From the NCBI GenBank assembly GCA_045605805.1, contig JAZUQR010000027.1, positions 1-64,000 on the forward strand: a DNA stretch of 64,000 nucleotides. Direction: 5' to 3'. Source of the stretch: Alphaproteobacteria bacterium (GTDB lineage: Bacteria; Pseudomonadota; Alphaproteobacteria; CAAHEQ01; UBA3637). Position 1 is the stretch's first letter. Every line of letters starts with the position of its first letter. Of this stretch, positions 50,601-59,375 are shown piece after piece. The position numbers were made by a program, and so were the translations under genes. Below the pieces are notes generated by a model. It was not told where the DNA came from. It did not search any database and worked only from the letters and a program-made list of their open reading frames with translations.

Positions 50601-51103
50601 TTTTTCAACGCTTCGGTCAATTCCTGAGCAAACTCTTTTTGGCCGTTTAACAAAGGACGCCCTAAAATCCCTTCTACCCCACCGGTCAACAACAATAAAC
50701 CTTCGGTATGCTGTAAAATCTCATCAAAAGTTAAATAAGTTTCTCCGTGTTTATCTTGGCCCATATAATACTTGGAAAAGTATTTTAACAGATTTTGATA
50801 TCCTTGTTCATTTTGAACCAAAAACACAACCTTATCAAAAGTATCCGCCTCATCCGAAAATTGATTTTTGTCTTTCTTGGGTGATTTAACCAATAACTGC
50901 GTTCCCAAAATAGGTTGAATCCCCTTCGGGGGCATCTCATGCATCATCGCCATCGCCCCGCAAATATTGCCCGAATCGGTGGCCGCAATAGCCGGCATAT
51001 TGTGTTCCACAGCCCAATCTGCCAACTTAGGCATTTTAATAGCCCCTTCCAATAAAGAATAGGCAGTATGCACATGCAGGTGTATGTATTTAGGCTCTGA
51101 CAT
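47678..51103 (-). CDS. dnaE: DNA polymerase III alpha subunit
   Basis: HLHVHTAYSLLEGA, GPGRGSGAGS, FERFLNPER..MPDIDVDF, KFDFLGL, YGFNKAH. Confidence 0.99.
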   Translation of the reverse strand: MSEPKYIHLHVHTAYSLLEGAIKMPKLADWAVEHNMPAIAATDSGNICGAMAMMHEMPPKGIQPILGTQLLVKSPKKDKNQFSDEADTFDKVVFLVQNEQGYQNLLKYFSKYYMGQDKHGETYLTFDEILQHTEGLLLLTGGVEGILGRPLLNGQKEFAQELTEALKKAYPNRLYIELQRHGTEPEQMTEQGFIDLAYQYDIPLVATNDAYFLTPDMYEAHDALLCIAEKTYVSEQNRRRVTPEHYLKTEEEMCQLFADIPEAIQNTVQIAKRCAFMAEVKKPAFPNFDCQGRTEDEALRDMAEEGFKKRMEGRSEEDVEKYHQQMEFELGVIKQMGFPGYFLIVADFIQWSKRNGVPVGPGRGSGAGSVVAWCLMITDIDPLRFDLVFERFLNPERVNMPDIDVDFCQERREKTIEYVQNHYGFDHVAQIITFGKLQAKAVIRDVGRVLQIPYPVVDRLSKLIPADPKMTLSKAFDEEPKIKEEIEKDEAIKYLFEIAVKLEGLYRNTSTHAAGVVIGNKPLDEIVPIYKDPSSDMPVTQYDMKYVEEASLIKFDFLGLKTLTTIKKTLDLIKLKGIDVDIDHIPLDDVKTFDLLKRADTTGVFQLESTGMKKILHDMQPDKIEDIVALVSLYRPGPMDSIPDYIKVKKGEEKPDYMHPMLEPILKETYGIMIYQEQVMQISREMAGFTLGGADLLRRIMGKKKAELLPAEKVKFMAGAKEKGVDEKVAEKVFDKMAKFAEYGFNKAHAAAYAFIAYQTAYLKAHFPVEFMAATMTLDKINTDKLAFFKNDLHMNGFKVLPPDINQSGVDFTVENGAVRYALSAVKNVGEAGMKTVVEEREKNGPFKSVEDFLRRVDVSALNKRYVENLAKAGAFECLEPNRSCLFNNVEKMIAYAADQTATKNSSQMGLFGQDTNANRLKLASFAEWPSMEKLEYEKEALGFYLSAHPLDSFQSVLERMRVVDYADVAGLVQTAGVFRGQIAGIVSNVRERISQKGNRFAFVSASDKSGAFDAICFADTLEAGREYLNSGQPLLFTVQAEKREGEEQISLRILSVELLADMMSKTATTLILKIDAKYPQCIAQISEVLDADKEGKSRVFMILTSGENEVEMALPKRYMLHPDTLSKLSQISGILEMKQV

Positions 51104-51186
51104 TCGGTATCCTTTGCTAACAAAAGTATATCAGATTTTCCCAAAAAAATCAAGGGAAAACAACCGTCAATTTAAGACAAAAAAAG

Positions 51187-51867
51187 TCATTCCAGTTCTT
51201 GGATTTTACCATCAACCACACAAATACGACGATCCATTTTGGCCGCTAACTCTGGATTATGTGTGGCAAGCAAAGCGGACAAGCCGGTTTCTCGCACAAT
51301 GTTTAAGAAAATATCAAACACTTCATCCGCTGTTTTCGGATCAAGATTACCTGTTGGTTCATCCGCCAATAATAAAGCCGGCCTGTTGGCCAAAGCTCTG
51401 GCAATGGCCACCCGTTGTTGTTCACCACCGGATAATTGTCCTGCCCTGTGGGTTAAACGATGGGAAAGGCCCACAATCTGCAACAACTCTTTGGCCCGTA
51501 CCTTAGCCTGTTTTTTGTCAACACCAGCAATCAGTTGGGGCATCATCACATTTTCCAAGGCATTAAAATCCGGCAACAACAAATGAGATTGATAAACAAA
51601 ACCAACGGTTTTTTGACGCAACTTTGTCCGCCCCTCATCCGTCATTTTTGTGGCATTTTCACCCATCATTTCTATACACCCACCTGTGGGGGCATCTAAC
51701 AATCCAGCAATATGCAATAAAGTTGATTTACCTGAACCACTTGGCCCAACCAAAGCCACAATTTCCCCCGATTTGATTTCTAAATTGATGTCTTTCAAAA
51801 TCTCCAATTTCACCGAGCCTTTTCCAAAACAGCGGCTGATATGTGTCAATTTCAATACACTACTCAT
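51187..51867 (-). CDS. lolD: Lipoprotein-releasing ABC transporter ATP-binding protein
   Basis: GPSGSGKST, LSGGEQQRVAIARAL, ADEPTGNLD; downstream of lolC/E. Confidence 0.93.
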   Translation of the reverse strand: MSSVLKLTHISRCFGKGSVKLEILKDINLEIKSGEIVALVGPSGSGKSTLLHIAGLLDAPTGGCIEMMGENATKMTDEGRTKLRQKTVGFVYQSHLLLPDFNALENVMMPQLIAGVDKKQAKVRAKELLQIVGLSHRLTHRAGQLSGGEQQRVAIARALANRPALLLADEPTGNLDPKTADEVFDIFLNIVRETGLSALLATHNPELAAKMDRRICVVDGKIQELE

Positions 51868-53107
51868 ATCTTAATGCCTCCACAGGATCTGTCTTACTGG
51901 CCTTCCAACTGGGATATAAAGTGGCCACCAACGCCAAAATCAAACTCATCACAGCCACCCAAGTCACCTCCACCAATTCCACTTTGGCAGGCAAATGGGA
52001 AAGAAAATAGATTTCGGCTGAAAACAACTCTTTGCCCGATAAACCTTCCAACCAATTTTTAATGGCATCAATGTTATAGCTGAACGACAATCCCAACAAA
52101 ACACCGGCCAAAGTTCCCACAAAACCAACCGTTAAACCGGCCAATAAAAACACCCGCTGAACGCTGCTTTTACTCATCCCCATCGTGCGTAAAACAGCAA
52201 TATCTTTACCTTTGTCTTGAACCAACATAATCAAACCGGAAATCATATTAAAAGCCGCCACAATAATAATCAAAGTAAGAATTAAAAACATCACATTTCG
52301 TTCCACTTCCACCGCATTAAAAAAGGCCTTATTCGTATGCCGCCAATCATAAACACTGGCCTGATTCCCAACTGCGTCAAAAGTTTCATCTAATGCTTTT
52401 TCGGCATCAGCCAAGTCTGTGGCAAAAACCTCTAAATGAGAAACAGCCTCTTTCATCGCAAAAAACTTTTGGGCATCCGCCAAAGTCATAAACACATAGT
52501 TGCCGTCATATTCGCTCATCCCTGTGTCAAACACACCAATCACCGTATAACTTTTCATTTTGGGCATAGAACCAAAGGCCGTTAAATTGGCTTTTGGAGA
52601 AATAAAAGTAATTTTATCCCCAACACGCACACCTAAACGAGCCGCCAAACGCCATCCCAAAATCACCGTTCCTTTGTCAAAATGAATCAGATTTTCACCT
52701 TGATATTTATCTTTTAATAAAGCTCTGTTTTCAAAATCTTCTTTGGCCATTCCTCGCACCATCACACCAGCTTGGCCGTTTTCTGTGGAAAGCATCGCCT
52801 GCCCATCCACAACAGGAATCACTGCCGAAACATGGTTTAAGGCAACCACTTTTTGCTTCAAAGCATCATAATCTGTCAACATCACATTTTCATAGGCAGG
52901 ATAAACACCCAAATGGCCATTCAAACCCAAAATCCGGCCCATCAGCTCGGCCTTAAAGCCGTTCATCACACTCATCACAATAATCAAAGTGGCAACACCC
53001 AGCATAATGCCCAAAAAAGAAAAACCGGCAATAACGGAAACAAACCCCGTTCGTTTTCTGGAACGCAGATAGCGAAAAGCAATCATTCTCTCGGTTTTAT
53101 TAAACAT
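51860..53107 (-). CDS. lolC: Lipoprotein-releasing ABC transporter permease LolC/E
   Basis: IAFRYLR, LGVATLIIVMSVMNGF, IAVLRTMG, ATLYPSWKAS..DPVEALRYE. Confidence 0.93.
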   Translation of the reverse strand: MFNKTERMIAFRYLRSRKRTGFVSVIAGFSFLGIMLGVATLIIVMSVMNGFKAELMGRILGLNGHLGVYPAYENVMLTDYDALKQKVVALNHVSAVIPVVDGQAMLSTENGQAGVMVRGMAKEDFENRALLKDKYQGENLIHFDKGTVILGWRLAARLGVRVGDKITFISPKANLTAFGSMPKMKSYTVIGVFDTGMSEYDGNYVFMTLADAQKFFAMKEAVSHLEVFATDLADAEKALDETFDAVGNQASVYDWRHTNKAFFNAVEVERNVMFLILTLIIIVAAFNMISGLIMLVQDKGKDIAVLRTMGMSKSSVQRVFLLAGLTVGFVGTLAGVLLGLSFSYNIDAIKNWLEGLSGKELFSAEIYFLSHLPAKVELVEVTWVAVMSLILALVATLYPSWKASKTDPVEALRYE

Positions 53108-53256
53108 AGTTGATACTGTACACAGTTTTCTGAAAAAATGCAACGGAATTTTGAAAAACAAAATAAAGATTGACAAAACAATCAAAAACCGTTAAAATAC
53201 TTATCCCTACAAAAAAGGAATAAAAAACCAGTCAAACCAGAGCACAAGCAACAAAA

Positions 53257-54183
53257 ATGACAAAACTGAACACAAAACAACAACAATTAAAAGCAGAACG
53301 GGAAAAAAAAGAAATAACCCTTAAAACTGCATGGGATAAACTCAGCCCGAAACAAAGAAAAATATGTAAACAAAACAAGCAAGAACTCACCCAACAGTTT
53401 TTGCAACACTCTATGGGCAATCCTCTGATATATCAAGAAGGATGGATACAATCACAAGCCATTCGCCGTCTGGAACAAATGACACCGGAAGAAATTATAA
53501 ACTTAAAACAAGATAAAAGTGACCTGACAATCATCATACGTCAATTGGCACAAGAACAAAACGAATGGGATAAACAACACGAACAAGAACAACAAAAAAA
53601 ATATCTGTCACTCCCCACAAATAAGGAAGCATTCCAAAAAGGAATCCAACAAGTCAAACAAAACCTGTTCGACACAAACGATACAAGGGAATATATCAAA
53701 GCCTATCATACGGTTCATAACCAAATCAACAAACTCAATGCGCCTCCCTATCAAAGTTATACCTTTAATACAGAAACAAAAGAACGGATGCAACAAGGTT
53801 TAGATTCCATTGAACCAACCAAATTGATAGAAACAACAGCCTCATATACGCCCACAGAAATGGCTATTACATGCGATATTATCAATTTACAAAAACAAAA
53901 GGAACTAGCCAATAAAAACATTTCAAATCAAAGCCTGCAAACATTGATATTGGGCAGTGCAACAATTGGTTCAGCAAAATATGCCTCCACAAAACAAGGG
54001 AACCCATTTTTAGCATGGGGGATAACAGGCCTGATTGGACTTTTGGCATTCATTAAATTATACCAAACATTCAAAGCAAGTCAACACAGCAAAAACGCCC
54101 AACAAAAAATCAATCGGTACAAACACACCGCAACAATAAAGGCCTTGCTCAATACATTACAAAACAATCAAACAACACATTAA
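53257..54183 (+). CDS. Hypothetical coiled-coil protein with C-terminal hydrophobic segments
   Basis: 308-aa ORF, Q/K-rich helices, hydrophobic segment FLAWGITGLIGLLAFI. Confidence 0.7.
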   Translation: MTKLNTKQQQLKAEREKKEITLKTAWDKLSPKQRKICKQNKQELTQQFLQHSMGNPLIYQEGWIQSQAIRRLEQMTPEEIINLKQDKSDLTIIIRQLAQEQNEWDKQHEQEQQKKYLSLPTNKEAFQKGIQQVKQNLFDTNDTREYIKAYHTVHNQINKLNAPPYQSYTFNTETKERMQQGLDSIEPTKLIETTASYTPTEMAITCDIINLQKQKELANKNISNQSLQTLILGSATIGSAKYASTKQGNPFLAWGITGLIGLLAFIKLYQTFKASQHSKNAQQKINRYKHTATIKALLNTLQNNQTTH

Positions 54184-54202
54184 ACGAAAAAAGGAGAATA
54201 AA

Positions 54203-54649
54203 ATGAATCAACAATTTTCACCGGAAGAATTAGATTTACAAAACAAAAAAACACAAATCTATCTGGCCTTGATAGAATATAATGCCCAACAATTAGAACG
54301 CTTAAAAGAAAAAACAAGAACAGCCAGTTCTGATGAACTGTTGGCTCTGGCACTGGGCCGATATGATGAAGCCCAAAAACACATCAATCATTCCTATCAG
54401 GTCATCTCACAACTGTCAAAAGAAGAAATAAATCTGTTGGCAACACAAGTAAAAATACCGGAAATCCTATTTTTGACATGTCTCAACTTGTTTGAATCCA
54501 AAAAAGAACAAGCCAAAAAAACACAAGCAACTCAAAAGGCAAAGAAAAGCATTCAAAGTCTCAGACCGTTGTGTATTTTGGCACACTTAAAACCAAAAGC
54601 AACAAAAAAACAGCTTCCAAAAACAAGGCCTCAAAACAATCGGGATTAA
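54203..54649 (+). CDS. Hypothetical protein with a basic C-terminal tail
   Basis: AAGGAG SD; ends KKQLPKTRPQNNRD. Confidence 0.7.
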   Translation: MNQQFSPEELDLQNKKTQIYLALIEYNAQQLERLKEKTRTASSDELLALALGRYDEAQKHINHSYQVISQLSKEEINLLATQVKIPEILFLTCLNLFESKKEQAKKTQATQKAKKSIQSLRPLCILAHLKPKATKKQLPKTRPQNNRD

Positions 54650-56808
54650 ATCAGCTCTAAGAACCGAGCCAACACTTTTTTGATACCGCCTTGTTCAAAA
54701 ACAACCGTCAACATATCGCCGGATTCGTTTAACACAACCCCTTTGCCGAAAGTTTCGTGCATCACTTGACGACCTTTTCGGCTGCGGCCGACAAAAGAAG
54801 AAGGGGCAGAAGATTGGGTTTGTTTTTCTCTTGCCCAGGGCATCCGCACATCCGAAAAAGAAGCCCCATATCCCATGCGATTATTGCCCCGTCTGTCAAT
54901 ATGTTCTTCGGGCAATTCATCTACAAAGCGACTGGGCAAAGCATTCTGCCATTGACCATAAACACGACGATTGCTGGCATACGAAATAAAAGCCTGTCTT
55001 CTGGCCCGAGTCAACCCCACATAGGCCAAACGTCTTTCTTCTTCCAAACCATCTTCACCAGCCTCATCTATGGCTCGTTGGTGCGGAAACAGCCCTTCTT
55101 CCCAACCGGTTAAAAACACCGTATCAAACTCCAATCCCTTACTGGCATGTAAAGTCATGACAACCAATTGATCACCTTCAACAGCTTCATCATTTTCTGT
55201 AAGCAAACTGGCATATTCCAAAAATTGTTCAACCGATTCAAACTCTCCATTGGCCAAAACATTAAACAGCTCGTGAATATTTTCCACACGACCTTCTGCC
55301 TCTGGAGATTTATCCAACCGCCACATCATCAAATAACCGGATTGATCCATAATCTCTTTACATAAATCCTCGGGCGAAAGCGAATGGCTGTGTTCTTGCC
55401 ACATCAACACCTGTTGCACAAAAGAAGTTAAAGATTTTTTGGGTACCGTCTTCAAATCGGCCTTTGCCACTGCCTCAAACAAACTGCAACCATGCTGCAT
55501 AGCTGTTTCCCGCAAAGTCCGCATCACAACATCACCCACACCTCTGCGAGGCTTATTCACAATACGCATAAAAGCCAAATCATCGTGTGGATTCAACACA
55601 AGGCGTAAATAAGCCACTGCATCACGAATTTCTTCCCGTTCATAGAACTTAAAGCCGCCAATAATTTTATAAGGAATCCCCGATCGCACCAAAACATCTT
55701 CAAACTCCCGTGTTTGGAAACCGGCCCGCACCAAGATCGCCATATCCGACAAAGTAATTCCCTTGCGTTGAGCATCCTCCACCTGTTCCACAACTTTTTC
55801 GGCTTCCTGTTGGCCATTCCAATAACCTTGAACAACCACCAAAGAACCGGCATTTTTTTCTTCATCCGCCACCCGCAAAGTTTTGCCCATACGCCCAGTA
55901 TTGTTGGCAATCAAAGCAGAAGCAGCACCCAAAATATGGGCCGTAGAACGATAGTTGCGTTCCAAACGCACCACCTTTGCGTCCGAAAAAATCTGGCCAA
56001 ACTTCAAAATATTATCCACATCTGCCCCACGCCACGAATAAATAGATTGATCATCATCGCCCACACAACAAATGTTATTGTGTCCTTTGGCTAAAAGGCG
56101 CAAAAGCATATACTGAGCCACATTTGTATCTTGATATTCATCCACCAAAATATATTTGAATTGATTTTGATATTCGGCCAACACAGCCGCATTATTTCTG
56201 AACAATTCCAACGGCAACAAAAGCAAATCACCAAAATCAACAGCATTCATTTCACGCAGCTTATTTTGATACAACTTATAAAAATCCAAAGCCCTGCCTT
56301 CACAAAACTCACTGTATTCGGCGGGTGTCACTGCCTCTGGTGACAAACCCCGATCTTTCCAACGCTGAATCACCTCTAACATCGTTTTAGGGGCATATTT
56401 TTTAACATCCACACCATATTGTTGCATCATATTTTTCAACAATCTTTCTTGGTCATCACTGTCCAAAACAGCAAAGTTTTGATTCAACCCCACAAAGCCA
56501 CCATATTTACGCAAAATCCGCACTCCAATACGATGGAAAGTGCCAAGCCATACCCCCAAGGCCGCTTCACCCACCATTTTTTCCAATCGCTCCGACATTT
56601 CTCTGGCTGCCTTATTGGTAAAAGTCACCGCCAAAATCTGCCAAGATAAAGCTAATTGTTGAAACAAAATATAGGCAATCCGAGTTGTCAAAACCCGAGT
56701 TTTACCCGTACCAGCTCCTGACAAAACAAGCAAAGGACCTTCGGTTGTCATAACGGCTTCTTGCTGTTCGGGGTTTAAGCCTTCCAAAAAAAACGGGTCT
56801 TCATTCAT
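54646..56808 (-). CDS. uvrD: UvrD/PcrA-family DNA helicase
   Basis: GAGTGKT, TFTNKAA, VDEYQD, VGDDDQSIYSWRGA, NYRS, TLHASKGLEF, EERRLAYV. Confidence 0.97.
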   Translation of the reverse strand: MNEDPFFLEGLNPEQQEAVMTTEGPLLVLSGAGTGKTRVLTTRIAYILFQQLALSWQILAVTFTNKAAREMSERLEKMVGEAALGVWLGTFHRIGVRILRKYGGFVGLNQNFAVLDSDDQERLLKNMMQQYGVDVKKYAPKTMLEVIQRWKDRGLSPEAVTPAEYSEFCEGRALDFYKLYQNKLREMNAVDFGDLLLLPLELFRNNAAVLAEYQNQFKYILVDEYQDTNVAQYMLLRLLAKGHNNICCVGDDDQSIYSWRGADVDNILKFGQIFSDAKVVRLERNYRSTAHILGAASALIANNTGRMGKTLRVADEEKNAGSLVVVQGYWNGQQEAEKVVEQVEDAQRKGITLSDMAILVRAGFQTREFEDVLVRSGIPYKIIGGFKFYEREEIRDAVAYLRLVLNPHDDLAFMRIVNKPRRGVGDVVMRTLRETAMQHGCSLFEAVAKADLKTVPKKSLTSFVQQVLMWQEHSHSLSPEDLCKEIMDQSGYLMMWRLDKSPEAEGRVENIHELFNVLANGEFESVEQFLEYASLLTENDEAVEGDQLVVMTLHASKGLEFDTVFLTGWEEGLFPHQRAIDEAGEDGLEEERRLAYVGLTRARRQAFISYASNRRVYGQWQNALPSRFVDELPEEHIDRRGNNRMGYGASFSDVRMPWAREKQTQSSAPSSFVGRSRKGRQVMHETFGKGVVLNESGDMLTVVFEQGGIKKVLARFLELI

Positions 56809-57547
56809 CTTTTGAATCCTTTTTTAAGAAATAATCTAACGCAACTTGGGCGCACATTAAACCAAAAATCCCTGTAATTGTGGGCAATGAGCCCATTTCA
56901 TGACGCACTCTGCCATTTTCTGGTTGCGCATCTGCCGGCAATTGCAACCGAGTTGAATCTTGGGACAATTCGGGCGAAAATACCACTGGAAAATCCATAG
57001 CAACGCCTCTTTTGCGCAATCGTTTACGCACAAAAAAAGCCAACGGACAGTTCAATGTCTTTTTCAGCTTCACCACTTTAATCTGGCTCACATCTGTTTT
57101 CAAAGCCGCCCCCATAGACGAAACAAAAGGCACATTTTTTTGAACCAGCAATTCAATCAATGAACACTTGGGATTCAACGAATCAATGGCATCAATCACA
57201 AAATCGGGCTGCACAGCCAAAAGTTGGGGCAAAGACTCTTGGTTCACCATCAAATCCAAACAATCCACTTGAATATCCGCAGAAATATCCTTCACACGAT
57301 TTTTGGCCACCAAAACCTTTTTTTGTCCCACCGTAGAAGTAAGAGCAAATAATTGACGATTGATATTACTGATTGAAACCGTGTCAAAATCAACTAAAGT
57401 TAAATGGCCCACACCAGCACGAGCCAAGGCCTCAATCGCATAACTGCCCACAGCACCACACCCCACAATCATCACATGGGCGTTTTTTAATGTTTCAATT
57501 CCTGTTTCACCCACCATCAGGCGCATTCTTGAAAGTCTATCTTGCAT
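56801..57547 (-). CDS. tcdA: tRNA threonylcarbamoyladenosine dehydratase (ThiF family)
   Basis: GCGAVGS..EALARAGVG, SNINRQ, DAIDS, SSMGAA, CPLA..RKRLR. Confidence 0.88.
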   Translation of the reverse strand: MQDRLSRMRLMVGETGIETLKNAHVMIVGCGAVGSYAIEALARAGVGHLTLVDFDTVSISNINRQLFALTSTVGQKKVLVAKNRVKDISADIQVDCLDLMVNQESLPQLLAVQPDFVIDAIDSLNPKCSLIELLVQKNVPFVSSMGAALKTDVSQIKVVKLKKTLNCPLAFFVRKRLRKRGVAMDFPVVFSPELSQDSTRLQLPADAQPENGRVRHEMGSLPTITGIFGLMCAQVALDYFLKKDSKDE

Positions 57548-57645
57548 AAAAACAGTGTAACAAATTTGTTCTGGTTTTTCAAGTAAAATAAGTTGACATT
57601 TGTCACAAGGCCTTCTAAAATGAAAAAGAATCAAAGGATAAAAAA

Positions 57646-59076
57646 ATGCACTTCAAACGAATTTTAGCCATCAATGCATTGATGTTGATATATTGTGGTA
57701 TCTTTATGATGATACCTGCCATAACGGATATGGTAACACAAAAAATGATTTTCAATTCCTTTACAATTTCGGCCTGCATCACAATTTCTATTGGTCTTTT
57801 TTTGCATTTACTATATCCCAAAGATACAGAACCACTGCGTCCAAAAGAAATGTTTTTAACCACCACATTGATGTGGCTTTTATACGCCAGCGTTGCAGCC
57901 ATTCCATTTTATCTTCCGCCACACAACATTTCACTATCTGATGCATTTTTTGAAGCCATGTCAGGCTTAACCGGCACAGGCTCTACTATCTTTACGAATT
58001 TAGAAAATGAAACAGCAGGCACATTGCTGTGGCGGTCTTTAAGTCAATGGCTGGGTGGTATCGGTATTATTGTGGTTGCCATTATTGTGTTGCCCACATT
58101 GAAAATCGGAGGGATGCAACTGTTTGCCACAGAATCAACCTCGCTGACCGAAAGAATCAACCCCACCATGCGACAAAGCATTCGGGATATATTGATTTAC
58201 TTTTGTCTGCTTTCTGTGGTGTGCATGTTATTACTGTGGTGGTCAGGCATGAGTTTTTTTGATGCCGTCAATCACAGTATGACCGCCTTATCTACCGGAG
58301 GATTTTCCACGCATGATAAGGGCATCATGTATTTCAAAAACCCTGCTACAATTTGGATTCTCATTTTTGCCATGGTTTTAGGCGCATTGCCCCTTGTTTT
58401 AGGACCGTATCTTTTCAAACGACGCTGGGAAATCATCCAACAAAATGTTCAAATAAAAACTTTTTTCAAAACATTGATTTTGGGATGTATTCTTTTAATT
58501 CCAGTAGTAGGATTACAAAACTTACAACAAATTATCTTTCAAGTCACCTCTATTTTAACCACCACCGGTTTTGTAATAGCCCCTTACAGCAGTTGGGGTG
58601 TTTATGCAACAACTGTTTTGCTGTTTTTAACAGCCTGCGGTTCTTGCACAGGATCAACCTCAGGGGGCATCAAATCATTTCGCTTTACAATTATCGGCCA
58701 AGTCTTAATTACAAAGATGAAAAGCCTGATCAAACCATTTGGTGTATTTGTTCCCAGCTACGGTACAAAAGTAATTGATGAAGAAATTGTCTCGGGCGTT
58801 TTATTCTTTTTAAGCCTGTTTATTTTAACTTTTGTCTTATCCACATTGGCTCTGACAGCATTGGGGCTTGATCTTTTAACAGCCCTGTCTTCCTCGCTAA
58901 GCTGTGTGGCAAATGTAGGGCCAGCACTGGGGGAAATTGTCGGTCCTGAACAAACCTATGCCAACCTGCCAAATGCCGCCAAATGGATTTTGTCATTTGT
59001 CATGTTAGCCGGCCGCTTAGAGTTCACCAGCCTTATGGTTTTGTTTTTACCATTTTTATGGAGGAAGAATACATGA
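57646..59076 (+). CDS. trkH: TrkH-family potassium uptake protein
   Basis: FFEAMSGLTGTG, WLGGIG, STGGFS, TTTGF, GSTSGGIK, NVGP, GRLE. Confidence 0.95.
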   Translation: MHFKRILAINALMLIYCGIFMMIPAITDMVTQKMIFNSFTISACITISIGLFLHLLYPKDTEPLRPKEMFLTTTLMWLLYASVAAIPFYLPPHNISLSDAFFEAMSGLTGTGSTIFTNLENETAGTLLWRSLSQWLGGIGIIVVAIIVLPTLKIGGMQLFATESTSLTERINPTMRQSIRDILIYFCLLSVVCMLLLWWSGMSFFDAVNHSMTALSTGGFSTHDKGIMYFKNPATIWILIFAMVLGALPLVLGPYLFKRRWEIIQQNVQIKTFFKTLILGCILLIPVVGLQNLQQIIFQVTSILTTTGFVIAPYSSWGVYATTVLLFLTACGSCTGSTSGGIKSFRFTIIGQVLITKMKSLIKPFGVFVPSYGTKVIDEEIVSGVLFFLSLFILTFVLSTLALTALGLDLLTALSSSLSCVANVGPALGEIVGPEQTYANLPNAAKWILSFVMLAGRLEFTSLMVLFLPFLWRKNT

Positions 59077-59318
59077 GTTTTTTAGAGGACGCACAAAACT
59101 TTATCAAGCAAAAACAAACCAATATCAGCCCCCAGCAAAACGATTTTTTAACCACCCCACAATCACGCAGTGCTTTTGAAAAAGAGTTGCGAGAACTGTA
59201 CGAAAACGCCACTTGGAATGAAATCAATAAAGCCATAGATTGGGGCATGGAAACAATGGAAAAACCATATAATAAAGACCTGTTTTTGAAAAAAATCAGA
59301 ATAAAGCTGGAAGATTAA
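59073..59318 (+). CDS. Small hypothetical protein
   Basis: ATG overlaps the trkH stop (ATGA) with a GGAGG SD; 81 aa. Confidence 0.6.
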   Translation: MSFLEDAQNFIKQKQTNISPQQNDFLTTPQSRSAFEKELRELYENATWNEINKAIDWGMETMEKPYNKDLFLKKIRIKLED

Positions 59319-59375
59319 AAAAAAACACTTGCCTTCTTCCCCGTTTTTATTAAAATAAAACAAAGGGGAAAAGAA

